From Kudoa neothunni (taxonomy: Eukaryota; Animalia; Cnidaria), in contig OZ199838.1 of the NCBI GenBank assembly GCA_964304625.1, positions 11,743,608 to 11,807,607 of the forward strand: a stretch of DNA of 64,000 nt, read 5' to 3'. Below the pieces are notes generated by a model, which searched no databases, was not told where the DNA came from, and saw only the letters and a list, made by a program, of their open reading frames with translations. How positions within the stretch are numbered: position 1 is the first letter of the stretch; every line of letters starts with the position of its first letter. Made by a program: the position numbers and the translations under genes. Positions 53,240 to 64,000 of this stretch are shown one piece after another.

Positions 53240-55085
53240 CCCTACATGATTTTAATCTGCGAATAGCTATCGTTGTGCTATACGTAGTAATACTAAAATT
53301 AAAATATTCTTGTTATTTTAAGTTTTCTTCAAAATAAAAATAGGAAATGGAATTTAGAAGAGTTTGAAAGATGATTTTTATGATGAAAAAAGCAATGACT
53401 CAAGTTATGATGTATCACCCAAAAGTAATATAATAAAATAACTGAATATCTCTTAAATAAATGGTTTAAATGATAGCGAAAATATGTTATACTCCAAAAA
53501 CTTTGAATGGAGCTCAGATCCTTTGGGATTACTTTCAAGAAAAAGAAAACACGGCATTATAACAGAAAAAACGAATTAAAAATTCTTGATAATGTGGAAC
53601 CTGAGTCTCAAATTTGGAGTTTGTTTATTACTGAGAATATATTAACCGAGATATATGCAATGTACCAATTTCTACCTTCGAAATATCCAAGCAAATTACA
53701 AACGATCGCGGGATTGTATGGCATTTGACATGTGTGAATTGAAAGCATACATTGGTTTGCATTATTTTCTTGGTGTGAAGAAAGCTAATCTTACTCATTC
53801 GAATGAACTATGGACAGATGACGACTTTGGTTTTCCAATTTGCAAAAAAAAAATTCAACCAGAACAGATTTTCCTTGTTAAAAACATGTCTGCGTTTTGC
53901 AACCGGTTCAAGTAATTCAAATGAAAAAAATCAAGATAGGATATCAAAAATCAGAGATATTTTTAATCCGGTAAATTCCAATTTTATCAAATATGATATA
54001 CCCACCGAATACTCGTCGATCGATGAAATGTTTAGATCATTCCAAGGGCTGCCGTATTTTTAAGCAGTATATGCCTTCTAAGCCGGCGAAATATGATATT
54101 AAGATTTTTAACCTGTGTGATTCTGAAACTTTGTACACCCTTAATCTTGAAGTTTACCTGGAATCCCAGAATAGTGCTCCATATAAAGTTGTCGACTTTC
54201 CCCATAATTTAGTGATGCGCCTGATTCGGCCAATTTTGGGCTCAGGAAAAAACATCAATGTTGACAACTGGTTCATATCAGTTCCATTGTTCAGGAATTA
54301 TTAGTGGATGGAATAACTGCTTGTGGTACCATTAGAAAAAAAAAGAAGGAAATATCTCCTGAATTCTTGGATTCAAAAACACGTGAACAATACCCATCTT
54401 ATTTTGCATTTACAAAAGATATAACGTTAGTGTCTTATGTCCCCAAGAGAAACAACGCCGTTACACTGTTGAGTTCATTTCACCACAAGTCAACAGTTGA
54501 TTTGAACCGTCCTAAAAAGCTACCAGAAGTTGTGTCTTTTCACAACTCAACAAAAGGTGGAGTTGATACAATAGGTTAAATGTGTGGGAACTAGTCTATT
54601 TATTGAATTATAAAAAGATGGCCTGTTGTGATATTTCATACACTTCTAGATATAGTAACAATAAATGCGTATGTTATATATTGCGTGAATGCCGATAAAA
54701 TTATTCGGCGGAAAAAACTTTTAAAGTCGTTGAGTATGCAATTAATAGTCTCGGTTGAATAAAAAAGTTAATACATTGATAATATTTTCTAACTTAAATT
54801 TAGTAGATATCCAAAAAAACACCTAATATGAAACGAAAAAGCTCTCTCGTCGATGGAGGAAGATGCTATTTATGTATCCGTCTAAATGATAAAAAAACGA
54901 GAACAAGTTACCCGACGTGCTCTAAATTTGTCTGTAAATGCACTTAAACATCATACGCAATACCTGTTTTAAAAAAATAATTGATTTCCCTAATTATTAG
55001 TATTAAATCACTGTTTCTTTTTGATGGGGTCCAACAGACCCCCTGCGTGTAACCGAGTTAAGTTTTTTGCGCGTGTGACGAAGGG
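53240..55085 (+). mobile_element. piggyBac transposon with pseudogenised transposase (~53500-54947)
   Basis: TTAA-CCCT ... AGGG-TTAA ends; fragments ELKAYIGL, SIDEM, YMPSKPAKY, VDNWF, NSTKGGVD, KRWP and a C-terminal Cys-rich RRCYLC..TCSKFVC; several frameshifts and stops. Confidence 0.9.
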
Positions 55086-55875
55086 TTAAATATCAAAATA
55101 CCCACGCGACATTTATTAGGGGATACTACTTCTAATGTAATTATGAAGTATCTACACGTGCGCATGAGCAAACAACACAAATAATTACTTTTTGGAAATA
55201 TTCGTTTATTTTGCTGGGTTTCCCAATTTTTTTACTATTCTATGTAATGATTGATTAGAGGATTGTAGCCGAACTTAAATATGTGCAATCAGCAGCAGAG
55301 GGATACGACACACCTCCTTTCAGTTATGGCTCAAGAGTTTATACCCTTTCCGCAACTATACATTAATTTATAATGTCTGATTATCTTGACTTTATCCTCA
55401 AAAATTCTCTAAGATGGAGTCATTTTCGGTATTTATTATCAAGAAATTGAAAGAATAAATGGATTAAAATGAACATCTTGAGTTACACAATAGCAGGAAC
55501 ATCAGTTCCATCAATTTTTTTATCTTATATAAAATTAAACCATATAAAATAGGTTTAGGACTTCACACATTATTAAGTCCTACTCTGTTGAAATATAATT
55601 ATCAAGAAACATGCTAAAATATAACGAATTACATAATACCAAGTGTTTACTGTAGTATGCCTTGTATAAGTGAGAATAAAACAACACGATTTCGTGAGGC
55701 AGCAGAAAACAAATAAGCAGCAAAACTCATATACAAGTTGAAGCTAAATAGTTTAGGCGATATTTCTCAATTATTCCACTTCACATAAAAAAGCTTAGAT
55801 CATCCAAACGAAAACAAGAATTAAAATCCACACAAAAAAATGATTCATAAACAACAGTTAATAATTATATCACAG

Positions 55876-58759
<2,884 letters not shown>

Positions 58760-61312
58760 GATGCTCTTCAGAGTTTATACTTGCATTGCGCGTGCGTGCA
58801 AATCACAGAAATTGAGTTTGCCTTCATAGGTTTTGAGATCATTAGCACTACTATGTTTAAAATTATTTAAATTTAAATTATGGTTAAAAATATTATGATA
58901 ATGTGAATAAAATTGTTTAATTATTCAATCCTTTTTGACATTATAAAACGAAAAATAAGATTCCCTGTTATATGATGTTGTATTACAATGTTCAACACCA
59001 TACATTTAATATGTTAGTCCTTCCAGATAGAAGTATTACAGATGTAGCTTGATTATGCAATTCAGAATTTATTCCACATTGTATTGTTATATTTTTCGTG
59101 AAAATGTATGAATTAGTCATAATATCTATACAAGACTGTATCGTTGTTTTTAATGAAACTTGTACCCAGGGTAGCGTAGTCATACGCACACAATGGACAG
59201 CATCGAAAGTAGTGTAGAAGGTAGTGACGTTAACACTAGTGAGAATAGTTTTTTTAACATCGTTGATACATTTTTTCACTTTTCGGAGTTGAAGTTGAGA
59301 ATCTTACAGTTTTAATGCCAGGACAAAAATAATATTTCCATAATAAATTGTAAAGTCATTGATATCGCACAAAAACGATGTGATGGAGTATTATAATGTC
59401 ACATGAAACTATATTGTAATATTATTCAATGATTTAAGTAATAGAGTAAATACTCTTTCTTTTGTAAACATCATTAGTTATTAGAAGACGGATTTGTTCA
59501 GAAGTATCGTTAATAAACTAAATTCTATAATCTTAATAAGTTTCTATAATTATGTTTATACTTAGAAACTTGTTGACGATAATTATGATATCTTACATGT
59601 AACCTACATTATATAAGCTCAGCATTTAAGAATATTCTATCGTAATTGATCTAACTTCTCTGAAAATTAAATGAATATGTACGATTACTCTATACGGATA
59701 ATAAAAAATGTTTATTTACTTAAATAATCAACATAAATTTATAGACATGAATATGTTAAACTACACTGCTGCTTGGCCAAATGAAATATTTGTATGTAAG
59801 CATCGTGTGAACTAGCTAATTAGTATTTATTTATTGATATCATATATCTATAAATTATTGGATTGATATAAATAATATTTTCTTGTTTCTGAAAATAGAA
59901 TAAAATATACTTGATCATTATTTGTAGACGCGCTTCAAGGGTCGATATAACACTAAGTTACGCCGTCAGAAAATATAGATACGAAGTTTAACTTTTTATG
60001 GAAAAATTAAGCTTGGTGAATTCTTTGATTCAAAAATATAACATTTTATGCTAGGATACAACGTTTCAAAAGTTTAACCGTGAAAATTTTGATGCTATCG
60101 GTTTCGAAATGAGGTTCTACTACATATTCTTCAATGAAACTTAATTTCTAGATATATTTGTCATCGAAATGTTATTTCTAATGTTAAATTTAATTTTATA
60201 TCAACTAAAAGTTAATTTAGAAAACACGCGATGCTAATCTGCCGGGCCAAGAGACCCAGCCATCTTTTTTATTTTAATTGTTTAGTACACGCGATAAAAA
60301 TTAAATTGACCCTAATTCACATGCTTCATAAAATTATAAAATTTTAGTTTAAATTGTGAATAAGTATATTGTATATTGCTGTAAAAATAGTACAAAGTAA
60401 AATATATCAGAATAAAATAATTAAAATCTATCGAAATTGCATGAATGAGAAAATATAATTCAAACTGTTAATTATAAATTATATCGATCAAAGTAAAGAT
60501 GCGACGAAAAAGTGGGGACATACTATATTATAATCATAATAAAACATAGAGCGAAAATATGGAAAATAGTGATTAGCAAAAAATTATTTATTTAATTGAA
60601 ATATCCTATTCTCCAATTTATTAAATAATGAATAAAGTAACCTCACACTCTCATGGAATCATTCTTAGCGCGGCTGAAATATTTTTATACTTACATGAAT
60701 ATTAAATTCGATTCTTTTTGTTATTTAAACAAATTTTTGCATCAATTTTTATAAAATAGAGCCTTTTATACACGTTATGTGTATTGAGGCGGCATTTCTG
60801 GAAATTATACCTAAAAATTCAAATGTTAATTCATAGACCTCACGAATATCTCATTTCTCACTTATAACTGTAATTTAATACTCATAGACTAAAAAAGAAC
60901 TTGTAGGCTGGAAAATAAAATTTTAATTCGACTGGAACCTTTGATTACAATGTTCGTAGCGTAGAATTTTCGAACTATAATAATTCAAAAAGCTGGAAAT
61001 ATTTTCTCCTTCCCCTCATCGTAGACAGCCTATTAAGCAGTTGTTTTCAAATGGTTCATATTTTAATTCAAGTAATATTGAATTTTAGATTTTAATTATT
61101 TGGTAAAAATTAAATCTGAGATTGAATGACCATCATCCAATTAATGGAATTATAATGCCCATCCTTCACTTGGCGAGTTAAAATTAAACGCAACCATAGC
61201 GTTTAAACATAAGATTTATTTTATTGATTTATAAATCGTACACTTCTACTTATCTACTCAAAAAGTAGTTAAAGTTTAGTTTAACTGAGCATCGGTGAAT
61301 TACAACTTTGGG

Positions 61313-61673
61313 TAGAGATTCTCAGCCGTTTTTTTAATTTACCCCCTTAATTTGTAAACTAAATTCATACCTACTTTAAAGTTGTATACTTATTTAAGTA
61401 TTATTAGGCTACACCTCTAAAAGATAAACGAGGCATTAAAGAAGGAGACTGATGATAGTTTCATAAATAATTGTTAAGTACTTATTCCTAAAAGCATTTG
61501 TAACATTTCTTCCAATATCTTAATTAACTTTTATGGCATTGAATTATATAACTTCTCAGAAATCCTTAGGTACGTAAGAAACTGAATTATGCAAAAATTC
61601 CCCATATCCATTTTTAATGTCACTTAATTTAATCTCACGTCATCTAAAATTCCCCCCTGGTTGAGAATCCCTG
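61313..61673. mobile_element. hAT MITE
   Basis: tagagattctcagcc vs reverse complement cagggattctcaacc; flanks actttggg / acttaagg (6/8 match). Confidence 0.55.
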
Positions 61674-63583
61674 ACTTAAGGATCATGAGATTAAAATATA
61701 GAACATTCAAATTTCATTCAAACATTTAATGTAGATTGCTTTTGATATTTACTAACAAATGACGTATTTGAATAAATATATGGAATAATTCGATGTCATT
61801 TAGAAATTAATGATATTACACGACTAAAATAGTGTAAAATTTTTATTTTAGGAATTAAAATTAATATTATTTTTTGACTAAGATAAGGCGCAATTTGAAC
61901 TCGATGAGAATATCCTATTTAGATACGGTAGATACTCCACTACATCGAGAAATGGTCACGGTCAACAACGGTTACTGCGCACTTTTTGGGGGAATGACCC
62001 AAAGGTGCGCAATGCACATTCTGCGCATATGTGAAATGTAAAACTTAATTTTTTTCAAATAATTGTTATAAAAGTATATTTCTAGATAAATTTTACAATT
62101 TTAGATATTCTGTCCTTCACTGGATAGGAATCAGTCAATCCATTAGGGTTTTAAGTTAAAATGTTCAGTGTGTTTCTGAGACAGCATTCTTCAGTGTCTC
62201 CGCGTTAAATACGTACGTGACGTGGTCATTTTCATTGTGACCGGCATCATATTGAGAATTTTCATTTTAAATAGATGGATTGTTCTTATAATAATAAAAA
62301 CCAGATTCTATAACTTCACATGTTATCCATGGTCTAACCACCTTTTTGGATTTATTAGAACATTAAAAATTCGAAATAAAGATAAATTTGATAATCTATC
62401 TTGTGTATCTAGAACGGTATTCCTTCGGAAATAATTTTCGATAAATTTTTCGTTAAAATCTGATTTTGTAAATTAAATCATAAACAGATTTAGATTAACC
62501 AAGGATTGATTGGATAATAACAAGCAAAAGATTATAATACGTAAGAACCATGATATATACGGGCGCGTGCGTGTTTACAACGAAGTTGTTATTTTACGTT
62601 TAATTTAATTTTGAACTTTGTGATTTCATCTTGTATTATTGTTTATATTTATATTCATTTTTATTTATTAACCATGATGCAATTAGATAATATTACAGTT
62701 GAAGAACATAACAAATTATTTTTATCAAAAACGGTTTTAATAATGTTAATTTTTAATTATTACGCAAAAACATGATAATTAAGTCCAAAAAAATGAAATT
62801 TGTTTCAATTTATTATTCTCTTTTTAATATTTATCATTTAAAATTGTAGGCATGTTTTCAGAATTTAAAAACAATTTTAATTACATTATTATAATTTTTA
62901 AATTTTTACACTTAAACATCATTTTTAATAATCAATAATGATGTTTTAGTTTATAAATTTTTCTTGGGACCTCTCAAGCCAAATTTAAAAGGTATTTAAT
63001 TAATAATAGAAGATATTTACCATCGGATTTTTTAAACCGTTGTTTCCCACATAATAACAGTACAAATTTATACGTCATTTATAACAAAAAAATATGACAC
63101 CTATAACAAATTTATTAAAATAATGTTTAACATAATTATTTAACTTTTTCGCAATTACTTATTTTCATCTTAATGACCAACAAATATATTTACAGTATAT
63201 TGTCCTAATATACCATTTCCTCTTTATTTGTTTATTACATCATTTTTATATTTTATGTAAGGTCTAACGAAGTAGTTAATCTATCCGAACCATTATATAC
63301 GTTTCTCGCAAATTTTAGAGAATAGATATTATAGTTGATTATTAATCAATAATTATTGATTTTAATTGATTCATTCAATCGGAAGAAAACAAAATTTTAT
63401 TATATTGTTATTACTGATTGTTGTTAGTTAGATTCTTCCAAGATTCTATCGGATCATGTGTATATTATTTATTATCGATTTTTACTTATTTATTAAGTCA
63501 ACAGTTTTATATAAAAAATATTTAAATGACTTCCTCATTGTTATCATTATCCATTTGTCGTAGTTACATTATTCTCATTAAAT

Positions 63584-63614
63584 ACTAGCTGGAACTGCCC
63601 AGCGTTGCTTGGGG
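63584..63614 (-). mobile_element. Helitron-like 3' terminus
   Basis: On +, actagctggaactgcccagcgttgcttggg; on -, GC hairpin ~10 nt before CTAG|T. Confidence 0.5.
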
Positions 63615-64000
63615 AAGATTTCACCTAGAGGCATTTTTTAATAGCATTCAAAAAATATATTGAAATCTCGAATTAACCCATAGAAACAAAATAACTAAAA
63701 ATTTTTAATCAACTTACTATAACGATTTGGATTATGTAATTTAAATTATTATAATTTCTGTGAAGGAAAGTATCAATCCCGGCGTCCATTTAAAAATTCC
63801 GTGGCTCGGTAACTGGGTGCACCACTAACTTTTTAGGAGATAAAAAAATAGAAAAAATAAAAGAGATAGAAGAAAACATGAAAATTAATCGATATTGTTA
63901 AAATTAGCATTGTTTAACTCGGCATAAACATACATGCGCTTTTATCATAAACAACCACAAATTGCGTCGATTTCAACATAAACAATTTAAATAATTTGGT

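Noticed and set aside
58992-59279. 95-aa Thr-rich ORF
   Set aside because: Starts at GTG with an upstream in-frame stop and no recognisable family; possibly a relic.

Overview
Very AT-rich eukaryotic (animal) DNA, not prokaryotic. The ORF track is fragmented because genes are split by many short GT-AG introns, mostly 38-60 nt and down to 23-25 nt. Compact genes, divergent proteins and a SORL1/LDLR-type receptor are compatible with a reduced parasitic metazoan such as a myxozoan; that assignment is inference only. Manual splicing gives these genes: a Cys-rich FN3-like type I surface protein with about 5 homopolymer frameshifts (738-3784,-); an intact Merlin/ISXO2-type transposase ORF with altered catalytic residues (5935-6852,-); ELP1 (-) head-to-head with RNASEH2A (+); DNAJC10/ERdj5 (-); SLC10A7 (-); TIMM23 (+); GLE1 (+); UBA52 (-); a Vps10/SORL1-like receptor (-); a 15-exon PICALM/AP180-like gene absent from the ORF track (-); and CDC5L (-). 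Intergenic DNA and the two long introns hold decayed DNA transposons and MITEs (piggyBac, hAT, pogo/Tc2, Helitron ends). The best leads are the possibly domesticated Merlin protein, the modular surface protein, a GCGCA-type motif just upstream of most start codons, the ANTH protein lacking its PIP2 motif, and a perfect 22-bp hairpin. No rRNA, tRNA or CRISPR was seen. All calls were made by eye; no searches were run.
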